The notes under the pieces are model-generated. The model saw only the letters and a list, made by a program, of their open reading frames with translations. It had not been told where the DNA came from and did not search any database. DNA of 64,000 bases from Elusimicrobiales bacterium (GTDB lineage Bacteria > Elusimicrobiota > Elusimicrobia > Elusimicrobiales > UBA9959), in contig JAQTOU010000003.1 in assembly GCA_028713125.1 (NCBI GenBank), forward strand, positions 467,286 to 531,285, in the 5' to 3' direction. The position numbers and the translations under genes were made by a program. Of the stretch, positions 8,893 to 18,032 are shown piece by piece (position 1 is the first letter of the stretch; each line of letters opens with the position of its first letter).

Positions 8893-10404
8893 ATGAAACT
8901 GCTTGTAAAAATAATCAGGACTGCGGGTCTCATTCTGTTCCTCATCCTCCTTCTGCTGGCCGGAGGAGGGTTTTACCTGCACCGGTCAGGGGTCATGAAC
9001 CTCAACGGGCTTAATTCGAAGCTGGCCGCGGAACTTTTTATGTCGGAGTATAATCCGTTCAGAGTAAAAAATCTTACTCTTAAGGAAGCCGCGCAGGACA
9101 CCGAAGAACTTTTCGCGAGTTTCGAACGGGTGCATCCGGATATTTCCGCGAATATAGGGAAGGCGGAATACGAGAGACTGAAGATCTGGACCGCGGAAGA
9201 GGTCGCAAAAAAAGCCGCTGGCGGAAAGATCAGCGTCAGGGATTTCGCCTATATCCTCTATCGCTCCGCCGCGGCCCTGGGCGACGGGCACACCCGGATC
9301 TACTGGCAATACCGCCCTGACGGGAAAAAGGGGGAAAGGCTTTTTCCTCCTTTCCTCGTGGATTGCCGGGGCGGGAAGTTTTTGATCGACTCAGTCAACC
9401 AGGGTCTCGCCGGATATGAGATCATCGCTGTTAACGGCAAGGATTTCCGGGCCTTTATAAAGCCGATACTGGATCGCATCCCCGCAGAGACAGCCGCCTA
9501 CAAAGGCCGCGGTTTCGCGCGGATGCAGGCTTTCTGGTGGGATTTTTCCCGCCTGCTGGACGGAGCGGGCGAACTCAAGCTGACGCTGCGCGGAAGCGAC
9601 GGGAAGAAAACCGAGAAGACCGTCGCCCCCATAACCCTGAATCAATTCACAAGCCTGGGGAGGACGTCCTCGTCCGGCGCTAACGGCCCGAACTCCGAGC
9701 TCCGGCTGTTCGAAAAAGAAAAGGTCGCCTGGCTGGAGTACCGGAACTTTATAGATTCAAAGGAGGAAGAGGCCGCCCTGGACAAGATCTTCAGGGAAAT
9801 AAAAGCCGGCGGGTTCAGGGACCTGGTGATAGACATCCGCCGCAACGGGGGCGGCAGCACTAATATCGGCAATTTTATCTTCAGCTACCTGACGGATAAA
9901 GAGTTCCAACAGGTCTCCAAACTGGTTCTTAAGGTCTCGCCGGAGGCGCTGGACATGAATTCCTACTATAAAAAATACAGCGATAAGATGGGGCAGAACG
10001 TGGACCTTCCCCGCCATCCCCAAAAGGCCGAGAAAAAGCCGGAGGTTTTCTTCGACGGCAAGGCGCGCCTGCTCATCGGCAACGACACTTTCTCCTCGGC
10101 CACGGCTTTTGCCGTCACCTTCAGAGATTATAAGCTGGGCGAGATCCTGGGGAATGAAACTGGCGGCGTGCCGGTCTGCTTCGGCGAAGCCCTGCCGATG
10201 AAGCTGCGGAACAGCGGCATCAAGTACAGCGTTTCCGATAAGCAATTCTTCAGCCCGAAACCGCGTCCCGGCGATGACAGGCACGGGGTGCTTCCGGATG
10301 TGGAGTTCACGGACGAACTGCTGCGCCCTTACCGCGGCGACACGCGAAGGTTCGTGATGGACCGGATAGAGCGCGACAGGAAGGCCAAGGCGGGGACGCT
10401 TTGA
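8893..10404 (+). CDS. S41 family peptidase (tail-specific protease-like), membrane-anchored
   Basis: 503 aa with an N-terminal TM segment. DLVIDIRRNGGGS and LLIGNDTFSSATAFAV blocks resemble the S41 catalytic-Ser region. Confidence 0.6.
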   Translation: MKLLVKIIRTAGLILFLILLLLAGGGFYLHRSGVMNLNGLNSKLAAELFMSEYNPFRVKNLTLKEAAQDTEELFASFERVHPDISANIGKAEYERLKIWTAEEVAKKAAGGKISVRDFAYILYRSAAALGDGHTRIYWQYRPDGKKGERLFPPFLVDCRGGKFLIDSVNQGLAGYEIIAVNGKDFRAFIKPILDRIPAETAAYKGRGFARMQAFWWDFSRLLDGAGELKLTLRGSDGKKTEKTVAPITLNQFTSLGRTSSSGANGPNSELRLFEKEKVAWLEYRNFIDSKEEEAALDKIFREIKAGGFRDLVIDIRRNGGGSTNIGNFIFSYLTDKEFQQVSKLVLKVSPEALDMNSYYKKYSDKMGQNVDLPRHPQKAEKKPEVFFDGKARLLIGNDTFSSATAFAVTFRDYKLGEILGNETGGVPVCFGEALPMKLRNSGIKYSVSDKQFFSPKPRPGDDRHGVLPDVEFTDELLRPYRGDTRRFVMDRIERDRKAKAGTL

Positions 10405-10527
10405 TGATAGACTACTTGTACTCGATCGGCTATTGTTTCATTATTTCTATTTTCCTGACCACTTATCTGGCCTCCGTTATTGTAGATGAGGGGAACTGAA
10501 GCCGGCTTGATGCTGACGTCGCTATTT

Positions 10528-12450
10528 ATGAATACTTTGATAAAACTTGCGGGAGTTACGAAGAAATACAGGACCAGGGACGGCGAAGTGGCCGCCCTGG
10601 ACGGGGTTTCGCTGGAGATAGCGCAGGGCGAATTCGTTGCCATTACCGGGCCGTCCGGCAGCGGGAAATCCACGCTTTTAAATATGCTCGGCCTGCTCGA
10701 TAAGCCGGATTCCGGGGAATATTTCTGCGCCGGCCACAAAACTTCGGACCTGGACGATGCCGGACTTTCCGCGCTTCGCGGCAGGCTTATAGGCTTCGTC
10801 TTCCAGAATTTCCACGCGCTGCAGGAACTGACAGCCGAGGAGAACGTGGCGCTGCCGCTGTCCTACTCGGGGGTTTCCGGCGGGTATCAGCCGCAGGAGT
10901 GCCTTGAACTGGTGGAATTGGCCGACCGCCGCCATCACCGACCAGGCGAGCTGTCCGGAGGCCAGCAGCAGAGGATGGCCATAGCCCGCGCGATGGTGAA
11001 TAAGCCGCGCGTCATACTCGCCGATGAGCCGACCGGCAATCTGGACGGCGTACTGCGCGACGAAATACTTTCGCTTTTCGAGAAAATGAATAAGAGGGGC
11101 ATAACCGTGATCCTGATCACGCATGACCCGGTCGTCGCCGCGCGCGCGGACCGCGTGATAAATATTAAGGACGGGCGGATAAGCGCGGATAGCAGCAAAA
11201 AAGCGGGAGCGCCTGCCGCCGCAGAGCCGCTGCGGCTGCCCCGGCCGGTGAGAACCTTTACTCTTAAAGCTTTAAAACAGGAGGCGGCAGCGGCCGTCGG
11301 CTGCATGAGGCGCAATAAGCTGCGCAGCCTGCTGATCTTCGCCTGTTTTTCTATAGGGATAGGAGCCATTACGGCGGTCCTTGGCCTGACCGGCAGCTTC
11401 CGTAAAAAAGTTTTCGGCCGCGTCGACGCTATCGACCCGCTGTTGATAGAAGTTTTACCGGACAGTAAGACCGCCAGGCTTTCTTTTGAGGATGCTGCCC
11501 GTATTTCCGGGCAGGTTCATAATGTAGCAGGTGTCAGCGTCTCGGCGGCTTCCTGGGGCGTCGTGGCCGCAGGGGATAAGAAAACGGAGGCGGCTGTTTA
11601 TGAACTGAACGCCTACCGCCTGAAAGTCTATTATAACGGCGAGATCACCGGGCGGCTTTTCACCGAAGACGCCCCGGACCGGAACGCGGCTTTGCTTATG
11701 CGGAAAACCGCCCTGGAGCTATTCAGCTCGGAGAAAGCCGCGCTGGGCAAGAGCCTTAATATCGGCGGCAAGCAGTTCCTGGTTATAGGGGTTCTCGATA
11801 GCCTGGACTTTGAAGAGCTCAAAGGCGCTAACCCTGAGCGCGGCGTCGTGCTGCAGCTTAAAGCCGGCGAGAACTGCGGCCTGGCGGACCGGACGCCTAA
11901 ATTGCTGGAGGTGAAGATAGACAAGGCGGAAAATGTGGCCGCCGCCGCAGGCGAGCTCTCCAGGCTCTTCAACGGGCCCCCCGTGCCCGGCCGCGCGGTG
12001 AAAAAAACGTTCAAGGTGCACTCCGCTAAAACCTTTTTAGACGCTATACGGCGCACGAACTACTTCTTTAAGATATTTTTTCTCGCTGTAACCGCCATTC
12101 CGATACTGCTGGGCGGGCTGGCGGTGGCCAATACTATGCTGCTCAGCGTGGGCGAGCGGCGCGCCGAGATAGGCCTGCGCAAAGCGCTGGGCGCCCGCCG
12201 TAAAGATATTATGCTGCAGTTCCTGATGGAATCCTTTATCCTCTACGCGGCCGGCGGTTTGATAGGCGCGGCGGCAGGAGTGGCCGCGGTATATAAACTG
12301 GCCTCGCTTATGAAGATAGAGCCGGCGTTCAACCCCGCCTCTGTCGTCTACAGCTTCGTCCTGATGGGCCTCAGCGGCCTTCTCTTCGGCCTCTGGCCCG
12401 CCCTGAAAGCCGCCGCCGTAAACCCGATCCAGTCCCTGAGGGGGAATTAA
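10528..12450 (+). CDS. MacB-type fused ABC transporter (ATPase plus FtsX-like permease)
   Basis: Walker A GPSGSGKST, signature LSGGQQQRMAIARA, Walker B ILADEPTGNLD. A large extracytoplasmic segment and C-terminal FtsX-type TM helices follow. I prefer ATG 10528 (MNTLIKLAGV) over the upstream in-frame track start at 10486. Confidence 0.85.
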   Translation: MNTLIKLAGVTKKYRTRDGEVAALDGVSLEIAQGEFVAITGPSGSGKSTLLNMLGLLDKPDSGEYFCAGHKTSDLDDAGLSALRGRLIGFVFQNFHALQELTAEENVALPLSYSGVSGGYQPQECLELVELADRRHHRPGELSGGQQQRMAIARAMVNKPRVILADEPTGNLDGVLRDEILSLFEKMNKRGITVILITHDPVVAARADRVINIKDGRISADSSKKAGAPAAAEPLRLPRPVRTFTLKALKQEAAAAVGCMRRNKLRSLLIFACFSIGIGAITAVLGLTGSFRKKVFGRVDAIDPLLIEVLPDSKTARLSFEDAARISGQVHNVAGVSVSAASWGVVAAGDKKTEAAVYELNAYRLKVYYNGEITGRLFTEDAPDRNAALLMRKTALELFSSEKAALGKSLNIGGKQFLVIGVLDSLDFEELKGANPERGVVLQLKAGENCGLADRTPKLLEVKIDKAENVAAAAGELSRLFNGPPVPGRAVKKTFKVHSAKTFLDAIRRTNYFFKIFFLAVTAIPILLGGLAVANTMLLSVGERRAEIGLRKALGARRKDIMLQFLMESFILYAAGGLIGAAAGVAAVYKLASLMKIEPAFNPASVVYSFVLMGLSGLLFGLWPALKAAAVNPIQSLRGN

Positions 12451-12561
12451 TATTTTTTATAGTGCCCGTATTCAATTAGCGAGAGGCCTAAGCCTTCGTG
12501 ATTTTAAGTAATATTCAGAGAAGACTCAAAAGCGCTACAATTTAGACTGATAGGTACAAAT

Positions 12562-13941
12562 ATGATCGAAAAAGATTTAAATAAGTACTCTAAATATTTT
12601 GACGGATATACGGAGTTGAGGCAGCAGATAAACATAAACACGAATATAGTCCTCTTAAACGGCAATTTAACAACAAATGACAAAGCGACTTTAGCCGGGG
12701 TTTCTGCGCGTGTTTATAGAAATGGGTACTGGGGCTTCGCCTCATTGCCGGGTATGAATGGCCCAAACGTAAAAGAAGCGCTTAAAAAGGCTACTAAGGG
12801 CGCAGTTTTTCTTTCCTCCCATGCGAAAAAAAGTTTTCCGCAGTTGCCCGTAGAGAAAACTTGCGGAAAGAATGACCTCTCTAGCGGGCGGCTGGGCGAG
12901 CCTGAAAAAAACATCGTGCAGTTTATGCGCGAGATTGACGCATATATAGCGTCAAAATATAAGAACGTGAAAAGCAGACGGTTCTGGTTCACAGAGCATG
13001 ATGTTGAGAAGCATCTTATCACCTCAGATGGCTCAGACTACTATTCACATATCCCGATCCACAGGATGATCCTTTTTCTGACTTACGAAAAGGAAGGGAA
13101 TTGCGCAGATATCTACAGGATGTCCGGCGGTTGCGGGCATTCAGGGGGTATCTACTCATCCATTTCTGAATATTGTGCGATGGTGGATGAAACGACGGAG
13201 CATTTAGCACGGAAAAGTGAAGGGGTTTTTGCTGACTCGGGGCTTAAAGATTGCGTGCTATCGAGCAGTCTGACCGGGATCCTCGCACATGAAGCCATCG
13301 GTCATACCACAGAGGCGGACCTGGTAATGGGCGGGTCCGTTGCCTCGGGACTGCTTAATTGCCAAGCAGGCAGCCGGTTGATAACTCTTGTGGATTTCGC
13401 CAACACCGCTTGCGGCGAGAGATGCCCTGTTCCCGTTTATGTGGATGATGAAGGGACCAAGGCAGAAGACGTTGTAATCATTGAAAATGGGACTTTGAAA
13501 GCTTATATGCATGATAAGCAGTCCTCTCTGCATTACGGGGCGAAGCCAACTGGAAACGCCCGGGCGGGTACTTTTGCCGATGAGCCTCTTGTAAGGATGC
13601 GCAATACCGCTATTCTTCCCGGTAAGGATAAGCTTGATGACATGATCGCTTCCATAAAAGACGGGTATTTTCTCATGGAAAACGGTAACGGGCAGGCTGA
13701 CCTTACCAGTGAATTCATGTTCGCGGTTCAAATGGGGTATGAAATAAAAAATGGAAAGCTTGGCCGCGCCATCAAAGATACTTCGGTTTCCGGTCTCGCG
13801 TATGATGTGCTTAAAAGTGCGGATATGGTGTCGGACTCGCTACGGTGGCGCCACGGCGGAATGTGCGGCAAAGTGCAACCAATATTCGCCGCGGTGGGCG
13901 GACCTGCGATAAAATGCAAAATTCATGTTGGGGGGAGATAA
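12562..13941 (+). CDS. tldD: TldD family metalloprotease
   Basis: 459 aa. HExxxH is in LAHEAIGHTTEADL. The C-terminal GMCGK and GGPAIK blocks are typical of the TldD/PmbA fold. The region is low GC. Confidence 0.8.
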   Translation: MIEKDLNKYSKYFDGYTELRQQININTNIVLLNGNLTTNDKATLAGVSARVYRNGYWGFASLPGMNGPNVKEALKKATKGAVFLSSHAKKSFPQLPVEKTCGKNDLSSGRLGEPEKNIVQFMREIDAYIASKYKNVKSRRFWFTEHDVEKHLITSDGSDYYSHIPIHRMILFLTYEKEGNCADIYRMSGGCGHSGGIYSSISEYCAMVDETTEHLARKSEGVFADSGLKDCVLSSSLTGILAHEAIGHTTEADLVMGGSVASGLLNCQAGSRLITLVDFANTACGERCPVPVYVDDEGTKAEDVVIIENGTLKAYMHDKQSSLHYGAKPTGNARAGTFADEPLVRMRNTAILPGKDKLDDMIASIKDGYFLMENGNGQADLTSEFMFAVQMGYEIKNGKLGRAIKDTSVSGLAYDVLKSADMVSDSLRWRHGGMCGKVQPIFAAVGGPAIKCKIHVGGR

Positions 13942-13942
13942 A

Positions 13943-15238
13943 ATGACCGGACATGATATTGTCGAAGGATGCCTAAATTGCCTTAAAAAAGAAGGCGCGC
14001 AAAAAGCGCAGGTCACATTAACGGAAACTGAGAAAACAGGATTGGCTATTGAGAACAGACGGATATTCCTGCTGCGTGATTCAGTGGACCTAAAATTGGA
14101 TTTAGCCGCGATATCGGCTGACAGATATGCCTCGCTTTCTCTCAATAACCTTGAGGCAGGGGGGGTGGAAGCCGCAGCGCGGCAAACTCTGGAAAATACG
14201 CTGAAATCGCCCCAGGACACCACATATGATATTGCCCCATTTCAGGCCCCGGAGAATTTTGATAACAATGTTCTATCTCCGGACATGGAATTGCTGTATA
14301 GGCGATTTGAAGAGTTTTTGCTGGATTGTGAAAAACACCCTTCTCTAACGCTTCGTCGGATGACAAGACTGGATTTCTTCTCGGAGAAAAAGATTCTCAC
14401 GAATTCTAACGGTACGAATTTTTCCAGTCGTGTAGGATTTTATGAATTCAACGCCATTTTTTCGTCGCGGGAAGGTGGAAAGAATTCATTGGGATATTTT
14501 ACGACACTGCGCGCCAAAAATCTTGACCGTCCGCTAGTCAAATGGGGAATGCTGGAAACTTTGCTTGAGCAGTCCGCCGAATCCATAAATACACGGTCGG
14601 TCAGCGGCAAATTTGTCGGTGATATTGTTGTCGCTCCCGAGTGTCTAAGCGATTTCTTGAGTTTTATGACCGAGAGCGCTCTGCGCGACAATATGCTGAT
14701 ATCCGGCACGAGCTTGTATAAAGACAGCGTGGGTAAGCTAATAGCCGGCGCCGGGTTTACGCTAAGCTCAGAGCCTCTTTCTCCAGAGATGGCGGCAGGA
14801 TATTTTATAACTCCTGACGGCCGTAAGGCCAGAGACCTTCCGATAATTGAAAATGGCGTGCTTAAAACGTTTATTCTTAGCCAATATGGTTCACGCAAAA
14901 CGGGTTTGCCACTGGTTTTAAATGCCGGCGGCTGTTATTCTGTAGCGCCCGGAAATACGGACTATAAGGCTCTCATTAAATCGATAGCAAGGGGATTGTT
15001 GGTCACCAGATTTTCAGGTGGGAAACCAAGTCAGAACGGGGATTTTTCTGGTGTCGTGAAAAACAGTTTTTATATTGAGAACGGTGAATTGAAATTCCCC
15101 GTAGCAGAAACCATGATAGCTGGCAACATCCCTCTGATGTTTATGAATATTAACGGGATCTCGAAAGAACGTGTTAATTTCGGGAATGCTATACATCCCT
15201 GGATTTCTTTTTCGGGTGTAACAATTTCCGGGAAATAG
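13943..15238 (+). CDS. pmbA: PmbA/TldE family protein (TldD partner)
   Basis: 431 aa from ATG 13943, with GGGGGAG 6 nt upstream and 1 nt after the tldD stop. The track start at 13925 is in the same frame. TldD/PmbA-family C-terminal blocks are present (SGGKPSQNGDFSGVVKNSFYIENGE). Confidence 0.7.
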   Translation: MTGHDIVEGCLNCLKKEGAQKAQVTLTETEKTGLAIENRRIFLLRDSVDLKLDLAAISADRYASLSLNNLEAGGVEAAARQTLENTLKSPQDTTYDIAPFQAPENFDNNVLSPDMELLYRRFEEFLLDCEKHPSLTLRRMTRLDFFSEKKILTNSNGTNFSSRVGFYEFNAIFSSREGGKNSLGYFTTLRAKNLDRPLVKWGMLETLLEQSAESINTRSVSGKFVGDIVVAPECLSDFLSFMTESALRDNMLISGTSLYKDSVGKLIAGAGFTLSSEPLSPEMAAGYFITPDGRKARDLPIIENGVLKTFILSQYGSRKTGLPLVLNAGGCYSVAPGNTDYKALIKSIARGLLVTRFSGGKPSQNGDFSGVVKNSFYIENGELKFPVAETMIAGNIPLMFMNINGISKERVNFGNAIHPWISFSGVTISGK

Positions 15239-15387
15239 CAGATATGAGGCCGGGCCTATGCCGGCATAGGTCCAAGGACCCTTCCACGCCCAAAACCTAT
15301 CAGCTAGACTATTGTTGTAGTGATTCCTTGTAATTTGGGGGATTGGCCCCAGAGTATCCACGATCCGACCTTAATCGGATGTATCCA

Positions 15388-15422
15388 GGGAAAGCAAAAA
15401 GACACTTTGCTTTCCCTTTTTT
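15388..15422 (+). terminator. strong intrinsic terminator about 150 nt downstream of pmbA
   Basis: gggaaagcaaa (15388-15398) / tttgctttccc (15406-15416), followed by tttttt. Confidence 0.7.
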
Positions 15423-15484
15423 ATTAAGCAGGTTGCATAAAAATCGTAAAAATGGCAAAATATAGGGGTTGAGGGGAGAATAAA

Positions 15485-15682
15485 ATGAAAAATAATGATA
15501 AGATTTTGATTGCTTTCCTGGTTTCAGTCGGTCTATTTTCTTTTTGCCAGGCAAAGCAGTATGTAAATAACCTTTCCGATACAGAGAAGAAGGCCTTAGT
15601 CCCTGCAACCAAAGTGTCTCTTGATAAGGCTTTGGTTTCCACTGACCCGTATGAGGTCCATGAAATAAAGTACGGGGCCTAA
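15485..15682 (+). CDS. small secreted peptide (65 aa)
   Basis: GAGGGGAG RBS 5 nt upstream. Sec-type signal MKNNDKILIAFLVSVGLFSFCQA, then a 42-aa Cys-free hydrophilic part KQYVNNLSDTEKKALVPATKVSLDKALVSTDPYEVHEIKYGA. Confidence 0.55.
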   Translation: MKNNDKILIAFLVSVGLFSFCQAKQYVNNLSDTEKKALVPATKVSLDKALVSTDPYEVHEIKYGA

Positions 15683-15704
15683 ATAGTTTTAGGTAGAACT
15701 TGTG

Positions 15705-15743
15705 ACCGGACAGTACAATACTTCTTGTACTGTCCGGTTTTTT
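15705..15743 (+). terminator. intrinsic terminator/attenuator between the small peptide gene and the radical SAM gene
   Basis: Perfect 14-bp stem accggacagtacaa (15705-15718) / ttgtactgtccggt (15725-15738), followed by ttttt. The radical SAM ATG is 11 nt later. Confidence 0.8.
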
Positions 15744-15753
15744 ACAGCACGCT

Positions 15754-16629
15754 ATGGCGAATAAAAAATTTAAATTGTGTATCCTTCCAGGATATCGATG
15801 CAATTTCGCTTGTGCCCATTGTTCTGCCACACTAAAAACACCTCAAAGATTGGCAGATTCCGAGATCCAATCCATCTTGGCTGCGATAAAGGCCTACAGT
15901 GTAACATCCCTGCACTTTGTTGGCGGCGAACCTACCTTGTATATAGCGGACATTAACCGGATTCTCTCCGGGCTTGCTAGCCTGAAGCACACTAAAGTTA
16001 GAATTACTACTAATGGGCACTTCGGAGCGACAAAAAAATCTGCAAAAGCTGTTTTGGCCTCACTATTAAAATTAGACTATCTGCAGCTGTCTTATGACAA
16101 ATTCCATCGGGAGTTCCTTCCATTCAAAAACATACGTACACTTTACAATGTATGTTTGGAGGCGGGGGTGGAATTCAGCGTTGCAATAAGCATTCAGTCC
16201 CCTCTGGATCTGGTTCTGGCTCCGCAGTTAAAGAAAATAGGTGATTTTCCTATCGGCGTTTTAAAGGTTATGCCAGCGGGATCAGCTAGGGAAAATAATC
16301 TGGCTTATCGTTATCCAAGCTTTGACAAGAGGGTGCTGTCTAAAAAATGTCCAAATCATAAAACAATTACATATATGTGTGGTGAGGGGTTCACAAGTTG
16401 TTGTTCGTTGCTAAGTTTCGGCGAGGGCTCCGCGCGTTTTGCCCATCCGACCATGAGAGCCCACCTGAATAGTGATTTCTATAAACTAATTTCAAGACAT
16501 TCTTTCGGGGAGATAATGCGAATGTCGGGGGTGGCATCAACCCCGTTAAGTCCCGATCATTCTTCTCCATGCACTTTATGCGCGCATCTGTTCAAACTCG
16601 GGCCTGTCCGGAATATCGCAGGTATATGA
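15754..16629 (+). CDS. radical SAM protein with an extra C-terminal Cys cluster
   Basis: 291 aa. CxxxCxxC is in GYRCNFACAHCSA. SLHFVGGEPTL is the SAM-binding GGE block. C-terminal cysteines are KKCPNHKTITYMCGEGFTSCC and PCTLCAHLF. Confidence 0.75.
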   Translation: MANKKFKLCILPGYRCNFACAHCSATLKTPQRLADSEIQSILAAIKAYSVTSLHFVGGEPTLYIADINRILSGLASLKHTKVRITTNGHFGATKKSAKAVLASLLKLDYLQLSYDKFHREFLPFKNIRTLYNVCLEAGVEFSVAISIQSPLDLVLAPQLKKIGDFPIGVLKVMPAGSARENNLAYRYPSFDKRVLSKKCPNHKTITYMCGEGFTSCCSLLSFGEGSARFAHPTMRAHLNSDFYKLISRHSFGEIMRMSGVASTPLSPDHSSPCTLCAHLFKLGPVRNIAGI

Positions 16630-18032
16630 TGGGTGGCCGATACTTAAAGGTCTTGCTGCTTTTCTTTGCATGCAACTCGTCTATTGGATGTAACACTCCA
16701 CGCAATACTGATACCTGGGAGGTGCTGCTTGGCGCTATCCCCAAAAGTATTTCCATAAAAGACGCCGAGCAAACTATCACTTACTATATTCTCAGGCAAA
16801 CCCATGAACCCCTGTTCAGGCAGGATGACGGGTCTAGTTATAAATCCAAATTGCTGACAAGCTGGTCAAGGAACATATCCTCTTCGGAGTATATGTTCTG
16901 TCCCGACACTTCGCGCATGTTTGATAAAGATGTAGGGTTTACTGCTGATTTCTTCTATGAGTACCTGCGAAATGTGGCCGGTAAATATGATCCCAACTAT
17001 AAGCTATTAAAACAAGGCGAGTGTGTAGCGGTAAAATTCACTAAACCGCAGTCGCATTTTCTGGCTTTTCTTTCCCGCTATGAAAACGCCCCGACTATTA
17101 TTAAATCCTCGGAGGTGGAGAGCGGTTTGGGGCCCTTTTATGTCCAGAGTCTTTCGCAAAGTGAGGCAGTTCTTGTGCGGAAAAAGCGGGTAGCCAATGG
17201 CTATAATAAAATAATCGTTCATGCCTATACCGGTCCCGGAGACCCTAATCTCGAAAACAGAAATATCGCGGACTTTAACAGGATATCTTCATACTCCCAG
17301 CCAGAATGGATTAAAAACGAATACTTGGGATTCAATAATCTGGAGTTGAAATCTGTGAACGTAATAATTAACCACCCGGACAGAGAAATACGGAGTATGC
17401 TCTATAATTGCATTGATGTCGGGGAATTCCGGGAAGCTTTCTCTCCGCAGCGCAAAGAATTTCATGATATTCAGACGCTTTTGCCTATTGGTTTTTTCGG
17501 CTCAAAGCCGGGGAAAGCTTTCCAGCAATGCCAGTTCCCAAAGGGACCATCCCGTAAAACTGCTCCTTCATTTGTGCTGCTAAACCAGCAGAAGGATAAT
17601 AGTCAGCAACTTCAGATCTTCATTAAAGGGTTTTATAAAAAAACAGGTATAAAAATATTGACTATACAGCCTCCGGGGCAGGAAGTAGTAGAAATGCTGC
17701 ATCGCCGTCCTCATGGATATAACCTTGCTGTCGTTGTAATGGGTACGCAGAACTGGGATTACGGGACGGTATTTAAATATTATGCAGGCAACTCAGCGTA
17801 TTATGATAAGGTCCCTAAAGAAGCGGAGAATATTTATAAAAAGTTGGTTGAGGCACCCGAGGACGAAAAGCCGGCGTTCGCAGTTCAATTAGCCGACGAA
17901 TTGGTTAAGCAATCAATAGTCCTGACGCTTTATCAAACATCTGTGAAGCTTTATTACCCCAAGTTCATAAAAAACTTTGTGATAGGCCGGGGTTTTCTTG
18001 AAACTCCTGAGGTCGGTGACTTCCGATGGTAA
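16626..18032 (+). CDS. family-5 (peptide/nickel-type) extracytoplasmic substrate-binding protein, lipoprotein-like
   Basis: I prefer the start at ATG 16626 (ATGA overlap with the radical SAM stop). MMGGRYLKVLLLFFACNSSIGC is a lipobox-like signal. THEPLFRQDDGSSYKSKLLTSWS...FTADFF resembles the SBP_bac_5 N-terminal block. Confidence 0.6.
   Translation: MMGGRYLKVLLLFFACNSSIGCNTPRNTDTWEVLLGAIPKSISIKDAEQTITYYILRQTHEPLFRQDDGSSYKSKLLTSWSRNISSSEYMFCPDTSRMFDKDVGFTADFFYEYLRNVAGKYDPNYKLLKQGECVAVKFTKPQSHFLAFLSRYENAPTIIKSSEVESGLGPFYVQSLSQSEAVLVRKKRVANGYNKIIVHAYTGPGDPNLENRNIADFNRISSYSQPEWIKNEYLGFNNLELKSVNVIINHPDREIRSMLYNCIDVGEFREAFSPQRKEFHDIQTLLPIGFFGSKPGKAFQQCQFPKGPSRKTAPSFVLLNQQKDNSQQLQIFIKGFYKKTGIKILTIQPPGQEVVEMLHRRPHGYNLAVVVMGTQNWDYGTVFKYYAGNSAYYDKVPKEAENIYKKLVEAPEDEKPAFAVQLADELVKQSIVLTLYQTSVKLYYPKFIKNFVIGRGFLETPEVGDFRW

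Noticed and set aside
13925-13942. Upstream start for pmbA overlapping the tldD end
   Set aside because: The in-frame ATG at 13943 has a GGGGGAG RBS at proper spacing, and the upstream ATG has none. The choice affects only 6 codons.
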